Below are positions 26,855 through 36,007 of a stretch of 64,000 nt of DNA, piece by piece (the first letter of the stretch is position 1; each line of letters begins with the position of its first letter). The notes under the pieces were generated by a model. It had not been told where the DNA came from, ran no database searches, and saw only the letters and a program-made list of their open reading frames with translations. The translations under genes were made by a program, and so were the position numbers. The DNA is from Chitinophagales bacterium (GTDB lineage: Bacteria > Bacteroidota > Bacteroidia > Chitinophagales > BACL12), in NCBI GenBank assembly GCA_019694895.1, contig JAIBBA010000003.1:2313-66312 (forward strand), given 5' to 3'.

Positions 26855-28135
26855 ATGAAGCAGAAAATACTTCTTCTTAGCGTGCTTTTGACGATCGTTC
26901 CTTTAAGCACATATGCCGGCACAACTTCCAATGGTCCCACATTTGCCGGAGTGCCGTATGAGTTCATTCTATTCGGATTGACACTGCTCGGAATCGCCCT
27001 CTTTCATAAATACACGCTAAAAATCGCTCTCAGTGGGCTTGCGGCGGTTCTTGTCTATAAAATTTTCGTCCTCAATTTTCATGTTATTGAGCATTTGGGG
27101 CACGAATGGGAGATCATGCTCAATCTGTTAGGGTTGTTGCTGGGCTTTGCCATACTAGCCAAACTGTTTGAAGACTCACATATTCCGAAACGCATTCCCA
27201 AATTTTTACCTCACGATTGGCGTGGACCATTTATTCTGCTTTGTTTTGTTTTCGTTTTAAGCAGCTTTCTCGACAATATTGCTGCTGCTTTGATAGGCGG
27301 AAGTATTGCGCATGTAGTATTTAGGGGAAAAGTGCACATCGGATATCTTGCCGCTATAGTTGCCGCCAGTAATGGAGGTGGAAGTGGATCGGTGCTTGGC
27401 GACACCACAACAACTATGATGTGGATAGATGGTGTTGACCCGAGGAATGTGATTCATGCCTATATGGCAGCCATACCTGCATTTCTTTTCTTCGGTGTTT
27501 TTGGAGCATTATTGCAAGACAAATACCATCCCATGCTGAAGGGAAGCTACGATCCACCTAAAATAGATCTGAAAAAATTATTTGTTTGTATTTGTATTTT
27601 AGGAGGCGCCATAGCTGCAAATTTCATCCTCGATTTTCCGGCAGCAGGTGTTTGGATTGCTATAATTCTTGGTGCGCTTATTACTAAAATTGATTGGAAT
27701 GAGCTTCAGAAGGCCATTCCCGGCTCAATTTTCCTGTTGAGTCTGGTATTAATCGCTTCTATGATGCCTGTTGATGCGCTTCCTGATGCCACCTGGCAAA
27801 CAACTATGGTCTTGGGATTTGTTTCCAGCGTTTTTGATAATATTCCACTTACAAAACTGGCATTGGATCAGGGTGGTTATGATTGGGGATTTTTAGCCTA
27901 TGCCGTTGGATTTGGTGGCAGTATGGTGTGGTTCGGATCGTCGGCAGGCGTTGCCATTTCAAATATGTATCCTGAGGCGCGCTCTGTAGGCAGCTGGGTG
28001 AAAAATGGTTGGTATGTAATTGTAGGGTATGTAATTGGATATTTTATTTTGTTGCTCACACTCGGCTGGAACCCGCATCCTCCTCATAAACCTCCGGTTA
28101 ACAGTACTACTACTTCTTCTTCCCAAATAGATTAA
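26855..28135 (+). CDS. NhaD/ArsB-superfamily ion transporter (probable Na+/H+ antiporter NhaD)
   Basis: Protein with about 11 TM helices and an N-terminal signal-like segment. FLDNIAAALIGG and VFDNIPLTKLAL repeats resemble the duplicated motifs of NhaD-type permeases. Confidence 0.6.
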   Translation: MKQKILLLSVLLTIVPLSTYAGTTSNGPTFAGVPYEFILFGLTLLGIALFHKYTLKIALSGLAAVLVYKIFVLNFHVIEHLGHEWEIMLNLLGLLLGFAILAKLFEDSHIPKRIPKFLPHDWRGPFILLCFVFVLSSFLDNIAAALIGGSIAHVVFRGKVHIGYLAAIVAASNGGGSGSVLGDTTTTMMWIDGVDPRNVIHAYMAAIPAFLFFGVFGALLQDKYHPMLKGSYDPPKIDLKKLFVCICILGGAIAANFILDFPAAGVWIAIILGALITKIDWNELQKAIPGSIFLLSLVLIASMMPVDALPDATWQTTMVLGFVSSVFDNIPLTKLALDQGGYDWGFLAYAVGFGGSMVWFGSSAGVAISNMYPEARSVGSWVKNGWYVIVGYVIGYFILLLTLGWNPHPPHKPPVNSTTTSSSQID

Positions 28136-28166
28136 AAAAAGCCGGAAAGAAACAATTCTTCCCGGC
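28134..28166 (-). terminator. Candidate intrinsic terminator for the YceI-like gene
   Basis: Interrupted stem GCCGG-AA-GAA (28141-28151) / TTC-TT-CCGGC (28056+100 region, 28156-28166). On the minus strand it is followed by a 7-nt U-run (complement of the A-run at 28134-28140). Confidence 0.35.
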
Positions 28167-28234
28167 TATAAAAAACAACCACTACTCTAATTATATTTCT
28201 GTTTAGCCGTTCAGCTAAAAATTTATTTTTCGAA

Positions 28235-28939
28235 TTATAACGATGTGGTATTTACGGGAGCATCAGCTTTAATTGAAACACCAAACCATATTAAATCCTG
28301 TATAAGGTCATCAGGCATACCCTTATAAACAATACCCCATTGTTTGCGATCGATATTAAATTTAGCAACAGCTGAAACGCCTGAATTGTTCACTGTTACC
28401 TTGGCAGGGAATTCAATATTCTTAGTTACATCTTTAATAGTAAGATTGGCGGATATCATGTAGTTTGGATCCGCTACCGTATATTCATTGATCTCAGGTT
28501 GATCTCCTCCAGTTGATGCTCCTGTTGTATTTGGTTTCACAGAAGTGATCTCCAATTTTGCTTCCGGAAATTTTGCAACATCAAAGAAATCAGGCGATTG
28601 CAAATGGCCTGTAAGCTTGCCATTGGTCATATCATCGTCTTTCACAGATTTCAAGGTGGGCATATCTATTACGAAGTTACCACCGGTGATTACGCCATCC
28701 TTTAACAATAAAGTACCCGATTTGATTGCTACTGTGCCATTGTGGTAAGTCGACATCTTAGTCCCTATCCATTCGAGCGAACTCGTTGCGGGATTTATGT
28801 TTACTGAGGTAGACCCCTCTGTCAATGTCACTTCCTGTGCGTCGCCGGTTAAGGCTTCATCGCTGTCCGGAGCGTTCTTACATGCCGAAACGCTCAATAA
28901 TACCGCTCCTAAGAGGGCAATAGATGTATTCTTCTTCAT
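28235..28939 (-). CDS. YceI-family (polyisoprenoid-binding) lipoprotein
   Basis: Lipobox LLSVSAC from the ATG at 28939. YceI blocks SSLEWIGTKMSTYHNGTV, LTGHLQSPDFFDVAKFPEAKLE, ANLTIKDVTKNIEFPA. Confidence 0.85.
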   Translation of the reverse strand: MKKNTSIALLGAVLLSVSACKNAPDSDEALTGDAQEVTLTEGSTSVNINPATSSLEWIGTKMSTYHNGTVAIKSGTLLLKDGVITGGNFVIDMPTLKSVKDDDMTNGKLTGHLQSPDFFDVAKFPEAKLEITSVKPNTTGASTGGDQPEINEYTVADPNYMISANLTIKDVTKNIEFPAKVTVNNSGVSAVAKFNIDRKQWGIVYKGMPDDLIQDLIWFGVSIKADAPVNTTSL

Positions 28940-29074
28940 TGATTTTATCAAATTTGTATGTATATACATACATTTTAACGCCAAAGTTCCCAAAAAGTTT
29001 ACGATGGTTAAACATTTTTATTGAATGGCGGTTATTTGCATATTCAGGACGTATATTTGAATGAAATACAGGCT

Positions 29075-29845
29075 ATGATTACCACATTACTCACTTCCTT
29101 ATGTATAGCCATGCTTTTTATGACCGGCGCATGGTTGTTTAGCTTGTACAAGCGCGACATGAGTGTGGTTGACGGATTTTGGGGCCTGGGATTTCTAGCC
29201 ATTGCCCACCATTGGTTCTTCAGATTGGAGGAGGCGCAGTTGCGACAATTTGCAGTAGTGTATCTGGTTACCATATGGGGATTGCGCTTGTCGGCACATA
29301 TTTTCATCCGCAGTAAAGGCAAGCCGGAAGACCCCAGATATACCGCATTTAGAAACGAATGGAAAGAAAACACCTGGTGGATCAGTTATTTCAAAGTATT
29401 TCTTTTGCAAGCGGTATTGTGTTTTGTGATTTCATTACCGGTAATAAATGTACTGGCGCATCACGAGGAGGGATTCAGCTGCTTAAACGTTGTTGGGTTG
29501 ATTCTGTGGTTTATAGGGTTTGCCTTTGAAAGCACTGCCGATTATCAATTATTCCGATTTAAAAAGAATCCTGCCAATAAAGGACAGGTAATGAATAAGG
29601 GTTTGTGGTACTTTTCGCGTCACCCCAATTATTTCGGTGAAGTATGTGTTTGGTGGGGAATATTTCTTGTGAGCATAGGTTCCGGACTTTGGTATATTTC
29701 CGTTTTAGGGCCAATACTGATTACATTTTTATTGCTTCGCGTTAGCGGTATCACCATGTTGGAGAAAAGATATGAAGGCAATGATGCTTATTCTTTATAC
29801 AAAAAGAACACATCTCCTTTCTTTCCGTGGTGGCCGAAAAAATAA
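29075..29845 (+). CDS. DUF1295 / steroid-5-alpha-reductase-like membrane protein
   Basis: Polytopic. C-terminal block GLWYFSRHPNYFGEVCVWWGIFL is typical of DUF1295. The first ATG is at 29075. Confidence 0.78.
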   Translation: MITTLLTSLCIAMLFMTGAWLFSLYKRDMSVVDGFWGLGFLAIAHHWFFRLEEAQLRQFAVVYLVTIWGLRLSAHIFIRSKGKPEDPRYTAFRNEWKENTWWISYFKVFLLQAVLCFVISLPVINVLAHHEEGFSCLNVVGLILWFIGFAFESTADYQLFRFKKNPANKGQVMNKGLWYFSRHPNYFGEVCVWWGIFLVSIGSGLWYISVLGPILITFLLLRVSGITMLEKRYEGNDAYSLYKKNTSPFFPWWPKK

Positions 29846-29871
29846 TTGGCTACAATCCACGTTTTTTATCG

Positions 29872-31014
29872 ATGCGCTTGCTGCTTATAAGCTTATTTCT
29901 ACCGTGGAGTTTCAATTTAAACGCCCAATGTGATCCCGTGTATAAACGCGAAGCAATTGCCGACTATTTATATCCCGACTTCAATCTCGATTTAATATCC
30001 AATTACACAATCGACAGCGCAGGAATTCAATTAACAATGCGCATGAATGCCGATCTTACCCGGAAGCATATTACCGACACCCTTGGCACAAGTCGCTCTG
30101 TTTTGCATACGCGATATGCAAACTATCCTGAGGCCAAAAGTTTTATTGAAACCGCATTCAGTAAAGATACCTTGCCTAATATGGGCGAAGGCGTGTTGGA
30201 ATCAAGCTTGGTAACACCACAAGGGGCGCTTACTCTTTATTTTACACATGACAAAAAACACAATAATCGATTATATATTTATCATGCTGAAGAGAACGCC
30301 ATTTACATAAAAGATGTGCCATTCGGATATGAGATAGGCCAAAATGATACAAGTGTATTTTATCGCACAACGAAATTCAAGCATGAAAAAGTAAAATATG
30401 CCGCAGGAACTATTGTCTCTGTAGGAATAAATGACAGCAAAATCGAGCAGCCTTTATTTAAACATCAAAGCGACCGCTTTCAACACTGTACATTTTATGC
30501 CGATCCCTACATTGCATATTGGCAACTGTACAGCCAATCTTTCTATGATTGCCATACCGCCTTTCACAATAAAATCTACATACATTACAACAACTCACTG
30601 ACCGATAGCATTCAATATGTAGATGAATATATTAAACCATATTTGTCGTTAAAAAACGATACACTTAGCCTTGTTATTTACGAATTTGATACATTACTTC
30701 TGAAATCATTTTTATCGCTATATCAACTCACATCCGGTCAATTTATTCGCAGTTGGAAAAGTCAAGAATGGCAGGAAGTGGTTAATGAGAATTTCTCATT
30801 TATTAAAAACTATCGAATTGTGGGTAGCGTCATTTTTGTCGAAACAGAAAGACGTGTTTCTTCCGAGGATGTCACAAAATCGATCGAAGTTCCCTATGTA
30901 CTATCTCCAAATGGCTTGCCCTTTACCAAAAAGGGTACAATCCCCATTATTACGGCCTTCGATTTGCACAGCAATGCCTTTTTAGGTTATCCGCAAATTA
31001 GCATCATCAATTAA
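29872..31014 (+). CDS. Hypothetical secreted protein
   Basis: The ATG at 29872 gives the signal peptide MRLLLISLFLPWSFNLNAQ. 380 aa, Tyr/Asn-rich, with no recognisable domain. Confidence 0.5.
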   Translation: MRLLLISLFLPWSFNLNAQCDPVYKREAIADYLYPDFNLDLISNYTIDSAGIQLTMRMNADLTRKHITDTLGTSRSVLHTRYANYPEAKSFIETAFSKDTLPNMGEGVLESSLVTPQGALTLYFTHDKKHNNRLYIYHAEENAIYIKDVPFGYEIGQNDTSVFYRTTKFKHEKVKYAAGTIVSVGINDSKIEQPLFKHQSDRFQHCTFYADPYIAYWQLYSQSFYDCHTAFHNKIYIHYNNSLTDSIQYVDEYIKPYLSLKNDTLSLVIYEFDTLLLKSFLSLYQLTSGQFIRSWKSQEWQEVVNENFSFIKNYRIVGSVIFVETERRVSSEDVTKSIEVPYVLSPNGLPFTKKGTIPIITAFDLHSNAFLGYPQISIIN

Positions 31015-31166
31015 TTGGGTTTGGGCATATTTTGCTCTGTCATTTTTTGTTATAAAGTGAAATACTATTGACAATTGATTTGCATTTGTTAACATATTGA
31101 AAGCGCAGGAATTATTAGTTTAGCCTCTAATTTCCATAAAACATCTCCTCACCATTAATTTGCAAC

Positions 31167-31562
31167 ATGTCTACAGTAAAAAAAACGATTGTTCCTGTTT
31201 TGCTTAGCACTGTTTGGATCAGTGTTAATGAGTTTATCAGGAATCAGCTTGTATTACAAAATTATTGGACCGATCATTATAACAACCTGGGCATCACCTT
31301 TCCTGCGGAGCCTGTCAACGGTGCGGTTTGGGGTATTTGGTCTTTATTATTTGCTGTCGCTATTCTCATCATATCGAAACGATTTTCGTTGCGCGACACA
31401 ACACTATTGTCGTGGTTGGTTGGATTTGTATTGATGTGGGTGGTGATAGGCAATATGGGTGTACTGCCAACGGGAATCTTGATTTTTGCCATTCCATGGA
31501 GCCTTGTGGAGGCATTCGGAGCGGCATATATTTCTCATTATTTTACTAAGCCGAGAGCCTGA
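31167..31562 (+). CDS. Hypothetical 4-TM membrane protein
   Basis: 131 aa with four hydrophobic helices. Its stop overlaps the start of the next ORF (TGATG at 31560-31564). Confidence 0.5.
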   Translation: MSTVKKTIVPVLLSTVWISVNEFIRNQLVLQNYWTDHYNNLGITFPAEPVNGAVWGIWSLLFAVAILIISKRFSLRDTTLLSWLVGFVLMWVVIGNMGVLPTGILIFAIPWSLVEAFGAAYISHYFTKPRA

Positions 31563-32266
31563 TGCTGAGTGCAACAGCCGCTTCCGCCATATTAGCTTAT
31601 GGTGGCGAAACCTTTTGGAAGGAAGCGAAAAATATTGAGGCCGAAGTGAGTGTCCGCGGATGGGCATTTCGCTTAAAGTGGCGTCCGTTTTTCGATCATG
31701 TGCATATCAAATTAGATGCCGAACATCCATTTTCACAACTTACACCTATTGGAAGCGACCTTGGTGTGGTGGCAGTATTAGATGGCGACGACGTGCACCT
31801 TGAAGACCTCACCGGCGAAATTTCTAAATTCAGATCCGGGGCGAAACATTATTTCCCATACGGCAGGAGATTATTGTATTGGGATGATCTCGATATGGGT
31901 TATTTTGCGAATTATGCTTTCTGGAATTATTTCACCCTTCCGAAATTATTGCTGCGCGATGATATTAAATGGATAGAAACTAAATACGGTGTTTTACATG
32001 CCATTTTTCCCGACCACATCCCAACACATTGCAAAGAACAACAATTCACATTCGACACAACAACAGGCTTATTAAAACAACACGATTACACCGCCGAAGT
32101 TATTTCCGGACTTGCCACTGCTGCACATGTAATACATGAACATCAAACAAAAAACGGCATCACATTTGCATCGAGAAGAATTGTAACGCCACGCACTAAA
32201 ACAGGAAAAGCCATGAAAGCACCGGTATTGATCGACATTACCGTGCATGATCTGAAGATCAGTTGA
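31562..32266 (+). CDS. Hypothetical protein, translationally coupled to the 4-TM protein
   Basis: 234-aa soluble-looking ORF. It is coupled by a 1-nt overlap to 31167-31562. No recognisable motif. Confidence 0.5.
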   Translation: MLSATAASAILAYGGETFWKEAKNIEAEVSVRGWAFRLKWRPFFDHVHIKLDAEHPFSQLTPIGSDLGVVAVLDGDDVHLEDLTGEISKFRSGAKHYFPYGRRLLYWDDLDMGYFANYAFWNYFTLPKLLLRDDIKWIETKYGVLHAIFPDHIPTHCKEQQFTFDTTTGLLKQHDYTAEVISGLATAAHVIHEHQTKNGITFASRRIVTPRTKTGKAMKAPVLIDITVHDLKIS

Positions 32267-32268
32267 AA

Positions 32269-33276
32269 TTAATCTTTAACAATACCCGAAGAAATCAGAT
32301 ATTCCGCAATTTGTACGGCATTGGTTGCTGCGCCTTTTCGAAGATTATCCGATACCACCCAGAAGTTTAATGTGTTTGCTTGTGTATAATCGCGGCGTAT
32401 TCTTCCCACAAACACTTCATCCTTTCCTTCAGCATTAATTGGCATAGGATAAACATTGTTTGCAAGATCGTCTTCCACCACTACACCTTCAGTTTGTTGC
32501 AACGTAGTGATAACTTCATCTATTGAAAAATCGCGTTCAAATTCAACATTCACGCTTTCACTATGTCCGCCCGAAACCGGTACACGCACCGTTGTTGCAG
32601 AAACCATGATATTATCTGAGCCAATAATCTTTCTTGTTTCATTGTGCATTTTCATCTCCTCTTTCGTGTAGCCGTTTTCCATAAAAACATCTACCTGAGG
32701 AATCACATTTTTATCTATCTGATGCGGATATGCCGGATTTTCGGCAACGCGACATCCACTGCTCCTTTCGTTATACAGCTGCATCACCCCTTTTGCTCCG
32801 GATCCGCTAACAGATTGATAAGTGCTTACAACGATGCGTTTTATGCTATATAATTTGTGCAATGGATTCAGTGCCATTACCATTTGAATGGTAGAACAAT
32901 TCGGGTTGGCAATTATTTTTCTGCCATATTTAACAATATCATGCGCATTAATTTCAGGAACCACTAATGCACAGGTTGGATCCATGCGCCAGGCACTTGA
33001 ATTGTCAATCACCCAGCAGCCAACTTCCTCAAATTTCGGCGCCCACTCCAATGAAGTATTACCTCCGGCGCTAAAGAGGGCAATTTGCGGACGCATGGCA
33101 ATAGCAGTTTCCATGCCTACAACTTCCACATCTTCACCCCTGAATTTCACTTTCTTGCCCACGGAGCGCTCGGTTGCAACCGGTATCATTTCGGTAACAG
33201 GAAAGTTTCTTTCTTCCAGAATTCGGCGCATCATCTGCCCTACCAGGCCCGTGGCACCAACTACGGCAATCTTCAT
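32269..33276 (-). CDS. asd: Aspartate-semialdehyde dehydrogenase
   Basis: MKIAVVGATGLVGQ NAD(P)-binding motif. Active-site block IANPNCSTIQMV. QSVSGSG. Length 335 aa. Confidence 0.95.
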   Translation of the reverse strand: MKIAVVGATGLVGQMMRRILEERNFPVTEMIPVATERSVGKKVKFRGEDVEVVGMETAIAMRPQIALFSAGGNTSLEWAPKFEEVGCWVIDNSSAWRMDPTCALVVPEINAHDIVKYGRKIIANPNCSTIQMVMALNPLHKLYSIKRIVVSTYQSVSGSGAKGVMQLYNERSSGCRVAENPAYPHQIDKNVIPQVDVFMENGYTKEEMKMHNETRKIIGSDNIMVSATTVRVPVSGGHSESVNVEFERDFSIDEVITTLQQTEGVVVEDDLANNVYPMPINAEGKDEVFVGRIRRDYTQANTLNFWVVSDNLRKGAATNAVQIAEYLISSGIVKD

Positions 33277-33403
33277 GGCACAAAGATAAATGCCCGTTTC
33301 AGGTTGCCCTCTATTCCTATAAAGATTTTCTGCATCCGGGGCATCAATTTAACGAATCCGGCTTTTTCAAGCCATTTATGTAACTTTCGGGTCTTTATTT
33401 GCC

Positions 33404-36007
33404 ATGAAGTCGATATACACACTGTGTTTGGTGATGCTGGCCTGTGCAGTTGGGCAAGCACAATCATTTTTTGATGATTTTAATGATGCCGACATTTCCG
33501 ATTGGGGCGGAACACCCGAATATTTTATTGCCAATGGCACCGGAGAGCTGCAACTAAATGGCGATTGCGCTGCAGGTGGCGATCATTATATCAGCCAGGC
33601 TTTGCCTACCCTCGACTCTGCCGTATGGTCGTTTCAGGTGCATCTCGATTTCGATCCGTCTAATTCAAATCATACCCGCGTTTTCCTGCAAAGTGATATT
33701 GCCGATTTAAGCGGAGATGTTTACGGATATTTTGTTCGCGTTGGCGAAGACGGCACCGGCGATGTTGTAAAACTATGGCGCAGCAATGGTGCCTCTGCAA
33801 GTGTGGTGATTACAGGAACTTCTCCGGTTGCATTTTCTCCTGTAGTTGGTGTAAAGGTTGTTAGAACCGCTGATGCCGAATGGCAATTATATGTTGATGC
33901 GGATGGCGGAACAGATTATGTGTTGGAAGGAACAGATATTGACGATACCTACAACGGAGGAAATTATGCGGGCATAGAATGCAGATATACCTCTACGCGC
34001 TGTACGCTTTTTTATTTTGATGATTTCTCAATCGACCCGCTATATATAGATGTTACTGCTCCCGCAATTCAATCGGTAACCGTATTATCATCTACACAAT
34101 TACTTGTCGACTTCACAGAAAACATAACACTGGTAACTGCAGAAACCGAATCCAATTATACCGTAACAGGTGGCGTAGGAAGCCCAATTGACGCTACGCG
34201 CGATGTAATTGATAATTCTAAAGTTACACTTACCTTTTTATCAGAATTTCCCGAAGGCATTACACTTACACTTGCCGTAAATGGTGTTACCGATGATGCC
34301 GGAAATATCACGAGTGGCGCTACCGCTAATTTTTCTGTTTACACTACTCAATTATATGATATTGTCATCAATGAATTAATGGCAGACCCTTCACCGCCTG
34401 TTGCTTTGCCCGAAGATGAATTTTTAGAATTATATAATACCACTGATGTAGATATCGACATCACCGGATTTACGCTAAGCGATGCATCCGGTCCAAGCGA
34501 TCCATTTACATCCTATATACTTCCTGCCCACGGATATGTTATTTTGTGTGATGATGGCGATATTTCAAGCTTTTTAGCCTATAGTAATGTGCTTCCTGTT
34601 GCCGGATTTCCATCACTGAATAATGACGGCGATGACATGATGCTTTCCGATCAAAACGGAATTGAAATTCATCGCGTTACCTATACTTCCGATTGGTACC
34701 AAAATGCAATTAAGGCTGATGGCGGCTGGACGCTTGAAATGATAGACCCGGCAAATCCATGTCAGGGAATTGAAAACTGGATAGCATCAGATGCTGTTGA
34801 AGGTGGTACACCCGGAGCACAAAACTCCGTTTTCGGCAGCAATCCCGATCTCGTCGCGCCTGCCTTGCTTGAAGTTTTTCCGCAAACACTCGATACCCTT
34901 ACGCTTACTTTCAGCGAAGCTGTTATTGGTGAAAACATAATCACTGCCGATATTCAGATCACCGATGAAACCGGTGCGTCGATTGCCATTGCCGCAATTA
35001 TTCTAAACCCTGACAATGATGCAAAAATTGGCGTTGTGTTAAGCAGTCCCTTGTCGGGTGGTGTTATCTACACTTGCACAGTAATGCACGCAGCCGATTG
35101 CAGTGGAAATGATATTCTTTTGTTTAATACAATTACGTTCGGCATCCCCGAACCCGTTTCCGCCGGCGATATTGTAATCAACGAAATATTGTTTAATCCG
35201 GTTACCAATGGCGTTGATTATGTTGAATTATATAATCGCTCCAATAAAATCATAGACCTTAGTACACTGATCATAGCTGAGTTAGAATTGCTCGACTCAA
35301 CAGTTATCGATGAATTTGCGTATGTAACTTCTGATGGTCAATTATTATTCCCCGGAAATTACATTTGTGTCACTTCTGATATCGAGCAGGTTTTGGCACA
35401 ATATTTCACTGTTGACACCGGAAATTTTGTTAAGAACAATAACCTTCCAGGCTATAACGACAATGAAGGAATTGTAGTGTTATATGATGCTACTTTGAAC
35501 GAAATAGATCACCTGCATTATTTCGACGATTGGCACTATGCCTTGCTGGATGATGAAAATGGCGTATCGCTTGAGCGGGTGAATTATGCCTTTGCAACGC
35601 AAGATGAAAACAACTGGCACAGCGCCGCATCTGATGTGCATTACGGCACACCCGGTTATCAAAACTCCATGTTCGGCGAAATTCACGCACAGGCAACAAT
35701 TGGTGTAGAATATCCGGTATTTACTCCTGATGGCGATGGTTATCACGATTTGTTAGTAATCACGTATCTCACAGAGTCGGAAGGCTTCACAGGCGCATTT
35801 ACATTATTTGATGCTCAGGGCAGAAAAATAAAAACCCTCACAACAAATGAACTGCTAAGTCGCGAGGGTTTTATAACCTGGGATGGCGTTACTGACGATG
35901 GCAGTAAAGCCAATTCCGGCATTTACATTATTTATGCCGAATTATTTAATACCGAAGGTGTTGTAGAACGATTCAAATTAAAATGCACCTTGTTGCGCAA
36001 GCAATAA
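33404..36007 (+). CDS. Secreted protein with two lamin-tail domains, Ig-like spacers and a gliding-type (T9SS type-B-like) C-terminal domain
   Basis: Signal peptide. LTD motifs IVINELMADPSP...EFLELYNTTDVDIDITGFTLSD and IVINEILFNPVTNGVDYVELYNRSNKIIDLS. C-terminus YPVFTPDGDGYHDLLVITY...WDGVTDDGSKANSGIYIIY. Confidence 0.8.
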   Translation: MKSIYTLCLVMLACAVGQAQSFFDDFNDADISDWGGTPEYFIANGTGELQLNGDCAAGGDHYISQALPTLDSAVWSFQVHLDFDPSNSNHTRVFLQSDIADLSGDVYGYFVRVGEDGTGDVVKLWRSNGASASVVITGTSPVAFSPVVGVKVVRTADAEWQLYVDADGGTDYVLEGTDIDDTYNGGNYAGIECRYTSTRCTLFYFDDFSIDPLYIDVTAPAIQSVTVLSSTQLLVDFTENITLVTAETESNYTVTGGVGSPIDATRDVIDNSKVTLTFLSEFPEGITLTLAVNGVTDDAGNITSGATANFSVYTTQLYDIVINELMADPSPPVALPEDEFLELYNTTDVDIDITGFTLSDASGPSDPFTSYILPAHGYVILCDDGDISSFLAYSNVLPVAGFPSLNNDGDDMMLSDQNGIEIHRVTYTSDWYQNAIKADGGWTLEMIDPANPCQGIENWIASDAVEGGTPGAQNSVFGSNPDLVAPALLEVFPQTLDTLTLTFSEAVIGENIITADIQITDETGASIAIAAIILNPDNDAKIGVVLSSPLSGGVIYTCTVMHAADCSGNDILLFNTITFGIPEPVSAGDIVINEILFNPVTNGVDYVELYNRSNKIIDLSTLIIAELELLDSTVIDEFAYVTSDGQLLFPGNYICVTSDIEQVLAQYFTVDTGNFVKNNNLPGYNDNEGIVVLYDATLNEIDHLHYFDDWHYALLDDENGVSLERVNYAFATQDENNWHSAASDVHYGTPGYQNSMFGEIHAQATIGVEYPVFTPDGDGYHDLLVITYLTESEGFTGAFTLFDAQGRKIKTLTTNELLSREGFITWDGVTDDGSKANSGIYIIYAELFNTEGVVERFKLKCTLLRKQ

